Shown: positions 1-14,898, counted from the whole stretch's first letter. The stretch is 63,856 bases of DNA, filler included, from Octopus bimaculoides (GCF_001194135.2; 5 parts of 4 records of this genome joined end to end with filler, not necessarily neighbours in it); one strand, 5' to 3'. The notes: a model not told the origin generated them from the letters alone. A program made the numbers and translations.

Positions 1-739
1 TATATATATATATATATATATATATACATACATACATACATACATACATACATACATACGTACGTACGTACGTACATACGTATGTATGTATGTATTTATG
101 TATGTATGTATAATAAGAGTGAGAGAGACAGAATTGGTTATAGATAGACAGATATGTATTTACGTATTTATGTATCTATTTGTATGTGTGCGCGCATCAT
201 TATTTGTTTAGATGTGCAAATTGGCAAAAATTTATTCACAACGGCGACCTCTCATCACAAATGCTAAGAATATTAATGCACAGTTAAAGTGAAGTTTTGT
301 TCAAGAGATTTAGTGATCAGGAATATTAATGGTGTATTGCAACCGAAATTAAACCAGTCAACCTACTAATGATCAACCATTGTCAGGTCCGAGTATGAGA
401 AGGGACAGAACCGTTTGTAATAATTGAATCACCTGCTTCTAAAATAGTACGAACAAACAGCTTTATCGTTTCATTGCTAAATTTAAACCTGCTTCTTATA
501 TTTCGAAGCACTAAACCGAGCACCTTCTTAATAACATAATATCACCCTCTCCCTAACGAAGCGATGCACTGGAGCTCGTAAGATTTATTTATTCATAGTA
601 AGCCATAGAATACACTGATTGGAATTCAAAGAAACTTTCCGGTATTCCTACATTCTTTAGACAGTACTAAACAGTCCTTATTTCACTAAGGTTTTTATAT
701 ACAGTAACAATTGAAGAGAGTCTTTTATCTTTGTCAATA

Positions 740-1100
740 GTCGTTAGGTTAAGAAGCTTGTTTCGACATCACGTGCTTTGGGGTTCAGTTCCACTACACG
801 TAACCGTGGGTGTGTTCTATAATGATTTGTAAGTGGATTTGACTGACGAAAAACTGTGGGAACCCGTCGTTTATAAATATATATACCTGAGTGTGTGTGT
901 CCCCTTGTGTCTGTGTTTGCCACGCCACCGCTGGAAACCGTTGTTAGTTTGTTTATGTCCCTATAACTTAGCGGTCTGGCACAAGAGAACGATGCAGTAA
1001 GTAATAGACTTTGAAATAAGTACTAGGGTCGATTTTCGTCACTAAACCTTTCAAGTAGGTGCCTCTGCATTGCTACAGTTCAATAACTGAAAATGGTAAA
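740..1100 (+). mobile_element. Degenerate tRNA-derived SINE (family 1, 'ggcgcaggagtggctgtgtggtaag' head, internal TA/TG microsatellite)
   Basis: Colinear similarity with the more intact copies at 25418-25842 and 35736-36120. Confidence 0.7.
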
Positions 1101-1547
1101 ATATATAAGATATCTCTGCCCCAAAACTTTAAGGGTTTTTTTTCTGCTTTATATTTTATAGCTACTATTTCGGTAAGTAGATTGAAATATTTCACTTTGT
1201 CGAGAAGTTAAGAATAATACAGAACTATGTCCAAAGTTGTCTCCCATGCAAACCAGAACATATTTGTAATGATCTAATATCATTTTTTCCACACCATATA
1301 TTTATTACTACTGAGTACATTGACGCTCCATATATTGTACATGTTAATAAAATATGTACAAATAATTTCTAAATTGCAGAGCAAAGAGCACCTCTCCAAA
1401 ATATACTTTCAGTAGTGACATAAATATTACGAGTAAGAAAGAAAGGTCAGTGCTACATATTCAGTAGTTTAAACCATTACCAACTTGTTTTGCTTTTTTT
1501 TTTGCGTATGGCCCCTTTACTTAGCCCGACATATAGATTAACAGTCT

Positions 1548-1548
<1 letters not shown>

Positions 1549-1609
<61 letters not shown>

Positions 1610-1868
1610 TCATGGAGTTTTTGAAAGGGATAGGCTACTCAACCTGATGAAGATTCTAACTGGACCCGAGCTGCAAGGTCCTGGGCCCGACTTGCTGTTT
1701 ATCTTGATATAAGAACACCATGTGGCGCACATATGCACCTTCACATATGCCTAGTGTACCCTTGTCAGACGGGTAGTCATGCTGGGTATACTGGGCTTCG
1801 TACATTTTACCCCAGCGTCACTTTGATGGCATGCACTGCTCTCTCACATAATAATAATAATAATAACA

Positions 1869-1956
<88 letters not shown>

Positions 1957-1975
1957 TGATGATGATGATGATGAT
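1549..1975. repeat. (TAA)n arrays grading into (TGA)n, interrupted by an inserted element at 1610-1848
   Basis: Direct inspection. Confidence 0.95.
1610..1848 (+). mobile_element. 3' end of a non-coding (TAA)n-tailed retroelement, 5'-truncated, in a (TAA)n array
   Basis: Homologous to 22030-22276. Both copies end at ...ctgctct(c/t)tcac followed by (ATA)n and differ at the 5' end. Confidence 0.65.
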
Positions 1976-2220
1976 GATTTCATTTATTTTCACACAAAGG
2001 CCATTAATTCACGTTATCCTATGAATATCAGGTACAATGCCTTGCAGTATTTGTTCTGTCCCTCTATGTGACGATTTCGAGTGCTCCAGAGGTCAACAAT
2101 TTGACGTTCATCCTTTCAGGGCCGATAAATAAAGTACAAGTTGTCAGATTTCAATTCCTCAGAATATCAAATTTCAATTCCTCCTCCTCTCACACACTTC
2201 CCCTTCTCATCATCTCCTTC

Positions 2221-2325
2221 TTATTTTCTTCTTCTTCTTCTTCTTCTTCTTCTTCTTCTTCTTTTTCTTCTTCTTCTTCTTCTTCTTCTTCTTCTTCTTC
2301 TTCTTCTTCTTCTTCTTCTTCTTTT
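2221..2325. repeat. (TTC)n microsatellite
   Basis: Direct inspection; source of the poly-S/L/E/R ORFs. Confidence 0.95.
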
Positions 2326-3433
2326 TCTCTCACCTTCACATTTTCTATATATTTCATCCGATCGCTCTGGAAGAAATTGTCTATGTTCCCAGCGGAAGAC
2401 ACAAGAGTGCTGCCTTTCAAACGCCCAACGCACGATTAGTCCATGACCCCGATAGAAAACGTGAGCATTGCCATATAGGTTTATAACTGATACCATACTG
2501 ATGTCAAAATATTGTAAGGTTTTTTTTTCGTAAAGAATCGTTTCTTTGTGATCTATAACAACATCCTAAAAGAGAAATGCCAGTACTTACCTGTACAAGA
2601 ACAGACAAATGTAGACAGTTGCTAAGGAAGTAGTTAGCAATATGAATGAAGAACCTCTTGGTTTGGGAGTGGTACTTACCTAAAACAGACAAAAAAATGG
2701 ATATCATATTAAGTGAAAATTTTACAAGACAATATATGTGAATGTGTGTTTATATATGTATTTATATACGTATATATATACATATANNNNNNNNNNNNNN
2801 NNNNNNNNNNNNNNNNNNNNNNNNNNNNNNNNNNNNNNNNNNNNNNNNNNNNNNNNNNNNNNNNNNNNNNNNNNNNNNNNNNNNNNNNNNNNNNNNNNNN
2901 NNNNNNNNNNNNNNNNNNNNNNNNNNNNNNNNNNNNNNNNNNNNNNNNNNNNNNNNNNNNNNNNNNNNNNNNNNNNNNNNNNNNNNNNNNNNNNNNNNNN
3001 NNNNNNNNNNNNNNNNNNNNNNNNNNNNNNNNNNNNNNNNNNNNNNNNNNNNNNNNNNNNNNNNNNNNNNNNNNNNNNNNNNNNNNNNNNNNNNNNNNNN
3101 NNNNNNNNNNNNNNNNNNNNNNNNNNNTCTATAGGCTGTGTGGTAAGCAGCTTGCTTACCAACCACATGGTTTCAGATTCAGTCCCAACTCGCGGTTGAA
3201 TTTACCATGCCTGCAGAACAGAACGAAAGGACCACGTTGGCATGCAAAAAATAACAGTAAACTATGAATGTTATTCTTAATTTTAATTTCAATTTATTTT
3301 ATTAATAGCCCTCTTCTCTTACATATTTTATATTCACTTTTGATAAATTTTTTCAAAAAAACCGAAACATGCAATGTAAATTAATTAAAACACCCATTTT
3401 TTTTAAAAAGTGGCGTTTTCATCTTTCTTTATC

Positions 3434-3464
<31 letters not shown>

Positions 3465-6400
3465 AGTACGTACACACGAACATGGAAACATATACACGCA
3501 CATACACATAGTAAATAGAAATATTTTGCGACCAAGATAATGGAAAATTATATACAAAATTGAAAGGAGAACAACGCTGCAATGTACAAATAAAATATAT
3601 GCACCCTATGTATTGGGTTCATGTCATCCCGTTTAAAAGCACAAAGGTTCACCAATCTCACTCGTTTCAATTTCTCCATATATAACTCGTATCAGCATGG
3701 AACTTAAACGTTTAAACGATGATGTATGAATGTGTATACACACGCACACGCATAGCCGTATATATTCGGACACACATGTATTTGTATATGTGCGTATCTG
3801 TCAGTGTAAATGTGTGTTAGTATGGGTTTTTTCTGAGCATTTATCAGTAGTTATATCTGGCGTGAGCAATATTTAAATGCTGATAAAAAAAAGTAGTCTG
3901 CGCACACATTCTAATACATACTTCAATACACACAGCATATTTTTTGTAATGAGACTATAAGGTAGATACATCATCACATATATACTGTTGTTTGTTACAT
4001 TGGTTCATATTTCGTATAATATTTTTTTTTCGACAAATATTTTTCAAAGAATGGTGTTGTGTTTATTTTGACGTTGGCGCCATTTACAGACATTTAATAG
4101 TAAATAAGGGGTGATGTTGGAGCTAAACTAATTTAGACTAGATACAGATCGAATGAAAAGTTGATTTATTGGTTCCTGTCTTGGCTATTTTATTTTAAAT
4201 TTTGTTTTACAATTTTATAATTTGTAGTACGTACAACGAAATGCCAGTCGAAAGGAGGGCATAAGCCGAGCATAATGCATTAATCAATCGAAGTACTGCT
4301 ATGAACCACATGTTCATCTGCCAGGGTCATCGATAACAAACATTCATCTTTTCTCTTTAAGTCATAACCAATTCAGACGTTGTTGTTAATAACATAATGT
4401 CAATATGCGTAGGGTGTGCTGCAGTGTAGTCGCGATGTTTCAAAGCAACTGAAACAGCGACCCAGTTTCGTATCAATCTTGAAATGATTTCTCTCTCTTT
4501 ACGGCATCAAAATAATTGCGAAAAGTATGAACACTATAACTCTTTCTTCTCATTGATCATAAACTAATATAACATCAAGTGTCGTCGATGAAAATAATAA
4601 CTTAAAACGCGAGTAGCGTCTCTGTAGTGTTTAAGATAGTTCAAGTGGCATTCAAAGAGTCTCATATTTCTAAAAATGAGAAGGTTTGATTTTTTTGCAA
4701 GAAATTAATATTTTACATAAATTTACATTAAATAGAAAATTTAATAACGTGATTGGGCTTTTTCTTAACTGAAATTGAAACACAATTCATCCATGTTGAA
4801 AATCCTTTTCTCCATTCACTTACTTCCTGTACACCCTTCTCAGGACCGCCGAAACGGAATTTCAGCAATATTAGACAGTATATTCGGATCTAAGGCTTGG
4901 TCCAAATGTGCCAAGCAGAATGGCCGCCATTAGAAATTCCAACAGACGAGGTGTGATGTTAAACCGAGGAACATATTAAACCTACTTAACTCAGCTACCA
5001 TAACTATCTGATTACGATTTCGTTGAGAATTCATTTAGGTCATTCGTCCTACAAATTATTGTCTCTTTTATATACGTATTGTTTGTACCAAACTACTTCA
5101 GATAGTATTTATACAGCACGTCTCAGTCTCCCGTCTCCGGCTAATCTGTTCAGAAGCATGGTTTCAATTATTGATAAAACTTATTTCCATTCACTTTTGA
5201 CGCCAATGTCTTTGGAAAGTACAAGAAAGCCATACATTCTATTTACACCAACACCTTTGAACCATCTGTCCTACTTTTCAGACATTATTGTATTTTTCTT
5301 TGTGAGACATTACTATAAGTAGCGAGGATAGATTTGAATATAAAATTAGATTAATGATATGTCAAATACTTAAAATGTTATATGCAGATAAATAGTTACT
5401 TTCTATTCAGTGGATTTCTCTTCAAGCTCTAACAATTCTATGACGATATAAATAGAATTTAGTTCCTGTAAAATATTTTAAACAAATACACACAACGAAA
5501 AATTATCGTCATTATTTTAACCCCAAGTAGAAACCGTCAAAATTTTATCTCTTTAATTCCTCATTGAAATTTTGTCTTATTAGAGGTATAGATATGTGGC
5601 GAAGAAGTCACTCCCCATTTAAGTAGCTTTGGGTTTGATTTCACAGCACAGCCACGAAAATATTGTGCAGATATACCATCAAAATAATAAACTTAATATA
5701 AGAATTATATTCTTCGTGTTTTTATCAATATTAATAATATGGTATTATAACTTCTCGCACTCAAGCCTCTTACCTTTCCTTTATTGATAACTTGAACAGG
5801 ATTTGGGGAGGCACAAGTCTTCATATCAATGGCATAAAATTCAGTAAATGTTATATTATAAGCAGATTTCATTTAAATTAAATGATATGATACCATTTCA
5901 GAAAAAAAGAAACATTGGTTCAGAATACGGAGCGACTGTAAAATCGAAACAAATATAGGATCCTGAGCGTGGCATATTTTAGGTGAAAAACGATAAACAT
6001 GTTATATTCTTAGCCACTTTAACATGGCTGTTCGGTTGAGCGGATTCTACTGCAACTTTTTAACCCCAAGAGGACATCTCCTCTAGCTGGTTAACGATGC
6101 ACAGCTGCATCCGATATAATTGCGAACAGGGGAGAGAACCCCTACCATCTCCAAGCAACGTACAACGATTAAGTTTAAATGCATCACTATGAGTAAAGAC
6201 TTATGAATGCTGTGTATTGATGTAAAAATAGAAGAAATTTAAGAACACAACTTGGTGTTAGGTAACAAAACTTCACTAGAAGTAGCTTGACTATATTTTT
6301 AGTATGTTCTCCAAAAGTTGTTTACTATCCCAGATTCTAAGAAGATTACAGAATTCGTTTATTCCTGTTGGGGTTGTAAATGTCATTGAAATCAAATTCT

Positions 6401-8938
6401 ATCGTGCGTTGCTGACATTCTGCCGTTCAAGAGATTCTAACATGTTGTTACTATAAATCTGTTTACGATACAGCGGTATTGTCATTATCATCGGAAACAG
6501 TCAGACAACCATGACTGTAATTTCGAATGAGTTGCCACTTACTACAATGTTTGGAAATTACTCTAAACATTAACTCTCTATACATTGTTATCGATCATCT
6601 TTCAAGCTTCAGTAGTACTCTTTGGAGAAGAATATCTTTTACTAAAGTCAGAAAAAATATTCGTTCTTAATTCTTCTGACCTTCACCAGTTACAACAGTG
6701 CACACTATCAGAATCTTAAAAACTATAACACATACTTAGTTTATATGGTTCTGATCAAACCAAGACGTTTGGACAAAAGGCATTTATTATGTATTCTTTT
6801 ATATCTGTACAGAATTATGATAGTAAATATCAGCTAAATTTAGATAATGGACTAAACAAAAATCTTTTGAATAACACTAGCCTCACGCTAACATTTTGTA
6901 AACAGCAATCCTTTCAATAAACCTAGAATTAAAATCCTTTAATGCATTTATTTTCTTCAGATTCACATGATAAATGGACATGAATAATCTACAGAATATT
7001 TTCTCACTCGAAAATAAACATCTCTTTCAGCCTAAATCTCTAATGGAAAGCAGGAATCCAATTTTTATTGCATTAATGTCACATTTTACCTGATATTTAT
7101 TCTATTGCTATTCTATTTTTGAATCATGCTTTTGTTTTATTCGTTTTTTAAAATGCTTATTGAAAATAAATATGGTTTACAGTAACTTTACGTAAAAATG
7201 ACAATTGCATTGGCAAATATTTGCAACAGTTTTTTAGACACATTCATTCAAACACACGCAAAAGCGCACGGTGCTGCGTACACACACATAAGACTATTGA
7301 CTTGCATTTAAACATGCATACACATCTAAATGCTAATGTCATTTAAAAAAATTTACTATGGAAATGCATGTCGTCATTAAGAAGATATCAAATAAAACAA
7401 GCTACAGCTAAAACTCTTATCAAGGCTTAAAATCGAAAGTATATTAAGAAAATTAGAATAACTGTCGACAGCTTTATAAGCTACGCATATAACACAATCA
7501 ATGTAATCATATTACATAGACATGCGCCTTGTTAGGTGAGGGTTAGATATTCTACTAAGATTTTAGTATGCTCTTGCATTTAATAATGGCAGTATAAAAT
7601 TGTAAATGCAGTATTCCAATGAATTCTATTTGCATGGATTATGGTTTTCATTTCTCAATTTAAAGAAACGTTGTATTTATTGGAAATTCTTCAGGAAGCA
7701 ATTTTGCTGATCGAAGCATATTAAAATCTTCGTCTATCATCAGAGAAACATTGAGGTCTATTAAAGAACCAAACTTGTAAGTAATAAAATGAAAAGTTAG
7801 CAACGATGTAAGTTTCACTTCTATAAAAACTGAAAACTTTCAATGAACGTAGCTATCTATATTCGTTTAGCATATATACATTTATCTGTATATGTTCATA
7901 TATTCTGTAGTATATATACACTCATATAGATATTGTAATATATACATGTGAGAGTGTGTGTAAATGTGTGTGAATGCGTGTGTGAGAGAGAGAGAGAGTC
8001 TGATTATGTTTATGAGCCAAAAGTAGTAATCCAGAGTGTCCAGGTGAACGACAGGCAAATACTGGTATATCAAACACTATACCATGGGAAACATCTATAA
8101 CAGACGTGTATTTCATTAACTTAGAGAAGTGGTTTAAATCCTCCACAGTTATGGTTTCAATAGAGATAAGCAAATACATATTTGATTTCTATTAATGGTG
8201 ATACAACGCACCGACGGCAGTAACTTCAAGAAACCTCCATCTTGTCTCTCGACCTGCTAAAAGTCGTAACCGCTTCTTCGTTAAATCCCATATTACTGCT
8301 TTATAAAATCAAGTCCCAGACACATTAAATCTAAAAAGAATCTCAAGATCATCTGGAGCGGTTTTGACCTGTTGTATCAGAGCTCACCTAAACCTTAATA
8401 ACACCAATTCTATGAAACATCGAACGAAAACACTTCAAACTTAAATATATTACCAAAGTTAGTTAGCAAATCATATTCTAATTAAGACTAATTAAACGTA
8501 AAATTATCTGAACTAAACGCCCATTAAAACACTTGACCCCAAAGTATTGCTGTAGAATACCAGAACTGGCTACACAATTAAGTGAAGCCAACAAGTCTAC
8601 AGTCTCTTGTATAGTCGTATTAATAATATCAATTTGATACGACTGTTGACCTCGTAATCTGTTATAAATTAAGAAACCTAGTGATGAGAAGAATGATTCA
8701 GTGATAAATTGCGAATTAGTCATAAAGTAATTTAGCCAAGAAAACAACATAAATAACAGCAACAAGAATTGCAGCAGCAGCAGGAGACGAAATATTGTTA
8801 ATGACATGAAAATCATAGTTTTATGAGTTCCACAATATACGGGTTCAAAAGATTTAAAAACATGCATAAAAAATATTTACTCATCAAAGCACACATACGC
8901 GTATATATCAATATGTTAGTAAACATTTAATGTATACT

Positions 8939-8945
8939 TGTGTGT

Positions 8946-8988
<43 letters not shown>

Positions 8989-9068
8989 CGTACGTGCGTG
9001 TGTGTGTGCGTGCGTGCTTGCGTGCGTGCGCGTGCGCGCGCGCGTGTGTGTGTGTGTGTGTGTGTGTA
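8939..9068. repeat. (GT)n/(GCGT)n compound microsatellite
   Basis: Direct inspection. Confidence 0.95.
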
Positions 9069-9869
9069 GTCTGAATGTGGCTTCAAGTTTCATTCCACTG
9101 AAGCAGTTTGAATTATCTCCGAGAGGTAAAACTTGAAGTCTCAGTGTCTTTTCTACTATAATAATCTGGAGTATCAAGGAAAATCATTAATGAGGTCGAG
9201 AATGGCACGAAGGTATTCCGACGAACCTAGCTGAGTAATCAATTAACCGAACCATGAATCAAGAAATCTACTAGCTAACTACATAGCAAGTAGTAGAGTA
9301 ATAATAAAAGAAGCGAAATACAAGTAAGGTGTGTTTTTATTATTAACATAAAGACCCTTCCAAAGTACGACAAAATCTATTTCAATGCTTGATTTTATAT
9401 CAAGAATGCTGCACACCAAATTTAAAAATGAATTATTATCAACTAACTTTGCATTTAAATGTCGCTCACAAAGGCCCTAAAATACAATATAAGTATACCC
9501 CCCTGTATAATAGCTGAAATATTTTGTTGTAATCTTCTTTCTCTAAACCATATTTAGTTAAATTTTCGATCTTATTAAAAACTGTACAATCTGTCTATTT
9601 ACGTTGACTGTCCCAAGTAATTTAACTTCATTTATTTATTCATTGATGCATTTATTTCCTTAATTTTTCCACAACACATCAATACATGCCGTTAATATTT
9701 TGGTTTAATATGTATATTTCTAAAAGCTAAGCTCCAAACAATATATATTTTCTTCATATTACTTAATCAGTAATTCTTAAAGCAAATCATTCCGCATATT
9801 AGTCCCTTTGCTTAAATAAAATGCATATTATAATTAATTTTTGCTTACATAATAATCAGTAATTGTTTA

Positions 9870-10240
9870 GCACTCGGGAAACATTTCTTAACAACAATTC
9901 GTCACTCTTTACTCACTGAGTTCAAATTCCGCAGCGGTCGATTTTGCCTTTAATTTTTAAGGCGGCGAGTTGGCAGAAACGTTGGCAAGCCGGGCGAAAT
10001 GCATAGCGGTATTTCGTCTGTCTTTATGTTCTGAGATCAAATTCCGCGGAGGTCGACTTTGTCTTTCATCCTTTCGGGATCGATAAATTAAGTACCAATT
10101 GCGTACTGGTGTCCAGATCAGCCGTATCGAGGGTAGGAAGGAAGGAAGTTAGTGCTGTTGGTTCCAGTATTTGACTTGTACTTTATTTTATCAATCCCGA
10201 ATGGATGAACAACAAGCCTAACCTCGTTAGGATTTAAACT
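9870..10240 (+). mobile_element. SINE family 2 ('ggcggcgagctggcagaaacgttagcacgccgggcgaaatgc...gagttcaaattccgccgaggtcgactttgcctttcatcc'), partial plus near-full copies
   Basis: Shared with copies at 30183, 30411, 39495, 40560, 47150 and 50114; B-box-like GAGTTCAAATTCC. Confidence 0.8.
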
Positions 10241-12479
10241 ATTAAATTACAAATAACAATTCCTAATTATTTCCTATAATTTACTTTACTATCCCAAAGA
10301 CATCTTAGTTACTTCTTGTTTTCTAACGACTCCATTACCTTTATTACTATTTTAATTTTAAATTTATTCATCTACATTTCTCATCCGTCATAATTATACG
10401 CTTTTCTAATGCAATATACGTGTAAACAGGTATAAAATTCGACCTCTCTAATTTTTTAACTTACCGAATTTTAAAATTTTACACGACCATTACCTTTTCA
10501 TATTATCATAAACTGTTTTTGATGACGATTTTTTCTGTCACGTGATTAACAACCCTATGTTCTGTCAACTTTTCTGTAAACTTTCTCTTTGGTAATTTTG
10601 AAAGAAAAGGAAAATTTTGGTGAGAGTTAAATCTATGAAATTAACAATTAATATTCTAACACAATATTCCATGTATTGAGTGCATTTTTTTTTATTAATT
10701 GCATTTAACCTTCTTCCGATTTGATACCTTCAATTATGTATATTAGCGTCGCTGTATGTACACTCGCGTACATTTCTTATATACTTGTGCCAATATCAAT
10801 CTTCGAAACGGCCAATGAAATCAATAAAAGGACCATATATTGGTACATATATTCAAATTACCATACATACACACATGTGTATAAAGATATATGAATATGG
10901 ATATATCTATACATACATATATATATANNNNNNNNNNNNNNNNNNNNNNNNNNNNNNNNNTATATATATTATATGTACATATATACATATATGTATACGT
11001 ATATAATATATATAACTAGATATATATGCACACATACGTGTATAAAGATATATGTATCTCATGCATATATATATACTTATATGTGCGTGTATGTCTGTGT
11101 GTGTGTCTGTGCGTCTGTGTCAGTGTGTGTGTGTGTGCATGTGCGCGCGTGTTTCTTGTGCGGATGGGGTTTGGTGTGGTGTGGTTTATGGTTATACAAA
11201 TATATCAGTATAGATTCCTTTTATCGTCTTCTTTGGCTGTTTGGAAGATTGACTTTGGCACAAGAATATAAGAAAAGTAAGCCAGTTTACATAGAACGAC
11301 GTTAAATTGGAGCACTTACTAATATACACACAAGTACAAGTATACACACACATACATTTATCTCTGCATATACTTATATAGAATTATCTATTTGTCCATC
11401 ATTATATCTACCTACCTACCTATNNNNNNNNNNNNNNNNNNNNNNNNNNNNNNNNNNNNNNNNNNNNNNNNNNNNNNNNNNNNNNNNNNNNNNNNNNNTA
11501 TATATATATATATATATATATATGTCTACATGTACGCGCATACGGACATATAACATGCACATACACACATATGTTTATGTTCATATGTTCATACATGCTT
11601 GAATACGTAAGTACTTCGAGCAAGAATAACTAGGCCGCCATACTAAATATCAATTAGCAACGGCTGTTTATATAGCTGGAGTGAGAAAGGGGGTTGACGA
11701 ACCCACTAAAAACACTGATTATAAAAGAACATAAAACCATCGCTTGATGCGATTCAATGCTTTTCATTTTGACAGGAGATTGCTTTTAATGAACGTGAAG
11801 AAGCCAACTTCAATGGAGCTAGCAGTCAGCATTATGCACAATTTTAATTCAGTTATTGCTTATGTTTTATTTGATAACGATGTTCAACGTATAATAGAGG
11901 ACAATGAGTAGGGTGGAGTGTATGTTTAGTATATTGCAGGCAGCTTATGTTTACGATGTTATTTCTGCATACGTTCTTTGAAATGTTTCACTTTACGTCG
12001 CGACATATAACTTCTGATGGCCAACGTGTATCGATTGATATAAGTACAGTATCTATACACACAGATGCAAACACATACGTTTTTAAACGCACACACACAC
12101 ACACAAACTCACACACATATATGCACATACATACATGTATTTGTGCGTATGCGTTTGTGTGAATGCGTATGCGTGTGTGTGTGTAGGAAGCTGTCATTGA
12201 TTTCTTTTCATCGTAACTGAGATTTCACATGGGCACACGCAGGACGTATGCATTTGTGAATCTTCAGATGATATTACAGATAAGTAAGAGTGCGTAAATA
12301 GGTGGGGGTGTAAGAGCACGTCTTTTAAAGTCAGATCTCTTTGGTTATGGCCCGACACTGTATAGCTCAGAGCTGGAGAGAGTCCTTATTTTCATCAAAT
12401 CAGAGGTGTCCTTCCCAAGGATAGTACGCCTCTTTGTACCGTTTTTTTTATAATAATTAATTTTTGAGATGATATTTGT

Positions 12480-13400
12480 TAATTTTAATATTTGAATGTC
12501 TCAGGAGTTTTCTAAGCGGACAGTTTATACTTGTGCCGACATTTGGAGGTTATCTTTGATCTCCGATTAGGAAATGTATATTCCTTCTGCATTTGAAACT
12601 TTTCAGTGAAGCAAAGTTGATAGTTCTGTACCACGTTAAAGTAATCTGTTTTCTGACCAATTATGTCCCATGGTAGTGGGCGAATGTTAATGTCTAGTAT
12701 TTGATTCTCCAAACAAATTGTGAGAAAGACGGAATTTCCAGATTCATTGGCCTCAATGAATGGAGTTCTTCAAGGAAATAAGATTGTTTGTAGTTAGACC
12801 GATATGATTCCTTTTAATGCCCTCTGAAAGTGATATAATAGTTTATATACATCTTCTTTAGAAACATGGAGACACATTTCTCTAGTTACAAGTTGGCTGA
12901 CCGTGAGATGAAAGTAAGAGTGTTATTACGGTTACAGAATTTTTACTAGAAGCTTTTTCTCAGTTCATGAACAACTCACCTTAAAATTCTTTAGTTTGAA
13001 CTGATTATGGCATTTGTGCGTATGGATGGCATTGGCGTTTCTGATTTAAAACTGTAGAGGGAAGAATTTCCTATTTTTTATTAGCGATTCGATTCGTCAT
13101 AGGTTTATAGGTGCTAGATTCATCGGTACATGAAAATAATTACATTTAAGTGTAGTGCACATGTTTTAGTAAAAATATTTGCTCATATATCTCCAATATA
13201 AAGCAGTGCCTGGTCTCAAGTATTTCGACCATTTTGGGCGAAAAATTAATTTCAGACCTTGGACTATCCTTTTTACAAATAATACATTTCTAAATCTCTG
13301 AGAGATTTATGCAGTAGTGATACGATGGAGTAGTTGTATGCTGTCAACATAATGTGATCGTCCCCTAAAGGGAATAATATTACTGTTGGTTAGATTTAGG
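12480..13400 (-). mobile_element. Degenerate Penelope-like element, GIY-YIG endonuclease region
   Basis: Broken minus-strand frames give TCN*RNVSPC..., NHIGLTTN, FSQFVWRIK and WDIIGQK...YQLCFTEKFQM. These match, in order, the PLE C-terminal pattern C-x-C...YIGLT...LSxYVWxLK...W.II...C.LCLTEK. Boundaries are approximate. Confidence 0.5.
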
Positions 13401-14860
13401 AAGCTGCACCGCTTGTCTCCCCCTTGTAAACATAAGAACACAGTAAATGTATCAAGGCCGACAGGAAGCGGTGAAGCTTCTTAGATCTAACCATCAGTAG
13501 TATTATTCCCTTCAGGGTACTGTCACATTAAGTTGACAGCATACAACTACTAGAACTTTCTTCTAAACATTATTTATTTATTTGTTTTGTTTGATTTCCA
13601 TGCGGTCTGCCTCATCTGTGAATAAACTGTTCAGTATCTTTCGTTCCAAGAGCAACCGCTTTGACTGTTCCATGTATCAATGTTTTGTTTCAACTCCAAT
13701 TGCTTCAAGGATCATGAAAACTCTCATAAATATATGTACGCTTTCTTGTTATCACATTCACAACTCCCTTAATTGCCATTTATACACCACCAAGGAAAAG
13801 GCATCTTCTTTAATTGTAGATTTACATGACACTTGATTTCCTATACAGAGCACTCCTCCGCCATGAATGTCACCCTTAATTTTTGCATCCATGAAGCCTT
13901 TCCAAATTTGGTTCTTATTAGAATCCTGATACAAAGCTGCTTATATACAAGCTCCATTTCACTGTAAATAAACTTTAAGTCACACAGTACAACTAAAATG
14001 TACGCCGTGAGAGCATTCTTCGAGAATTCTTCTGTTACTATGACGGACCTCTAACCCTGTTGTGTATTTTGCTACTTAACATCAATTCTTACAACATAAA
14101 CTTCTATGCTAATAACATCCTTTTTCATTCTCCTTAACATTCTGCATGTAAACGATTATCTAGAAACCACTCAGTTATTTCATGTCAAATTTTTACTTCT
14201 ACAAATGCTACATGAATATTCATATATGTACGTGCATATGTACCAACTTATGCATTATAGATCATAATCTATTATCGATTATGACCATTTAATCCTTCTA
14301 TTAACTGAAATATGCGTTAAATTAACACGCGATTGGCCGAGTATTCGGCGGAAACCTATAATCATGCATCGACCTTTGATCAGCATGACTAACCATATGG
14401 CGAGCCTAGAGTTTTGAATTAAAGCCGCAACCCATGTCGTTTCGAATAACGTGGTTTCAGGAAGAAGTCCTACAAAGATCTGATTCTATGGTAATTTACT
14501 CGTCCAATGTGTGACCTAACGTCACCGAACGTGGTTTACTATGATTGCGAAGATAAATTCTTACTTATTCGCCAATGCCACCATCATATATATAGACGTA
14601 TAGATACATGCATCGTGCTTACGTGCAAACTTACATTAATGAATCTAAGTGTGTTTGTTGATATATATACATTGTGTATTTCTATATATATACATATTTG
14701 TGTAAATAAGCGGATATTTTGTATGTGTATTGTGTATATATATGTTTATATATATGCCTATATACATACACATTATATATATTACATGTTTGTATGTCTT
14801 TTAAAAATAAAACATATACAAACATGCATATAGATACATACATATATGCATATATATGTA

Positions 14861-14898
<38 letters not shown>

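Noticed and set aside
1640-1700. CTGATGA as a possible hammerhead core (also at about 32756)
   Set aside because: No stem II followed by GAAA at a suitable distance.
1733-2496. ORFs with poly-N/D/S/L/E/R tracts
   Set aside because: Translations of (TAA)n and (TTC)n microsatellites; no splice or domain support.
2713-3267. Long ORFs made mostly of X (also at 22712, 34542, 37944, 44638, 47654, 52304, 59182 and 60963)
   Set aside because: Open only because they run through N gaps and simple repeats.
4824-4889. Possible 66-nt minus-strand exon (ccttag|...GAA|gtaagt; IRIYCLILLKFRFGGPEKGVQE)
   Set aside because: Perfect donor but poor polypyrimidine tract, and no similarity to polycystin or any family I recognise.
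6305-6540. Minus-strand frame faintly resembling PLAT (FEITV...TFTTP...LRIWD)
   Set aside because: Two in-frame stops, lacks the TG/GT and HDNSG signatures, no splice sites; chance similarity is likely.
11760-11850. Strong plus-strand acceptor (ttttcattttgacag) followed by a short frame
   Set aside because: Stops after about 23 codons; no partner exon or homology.
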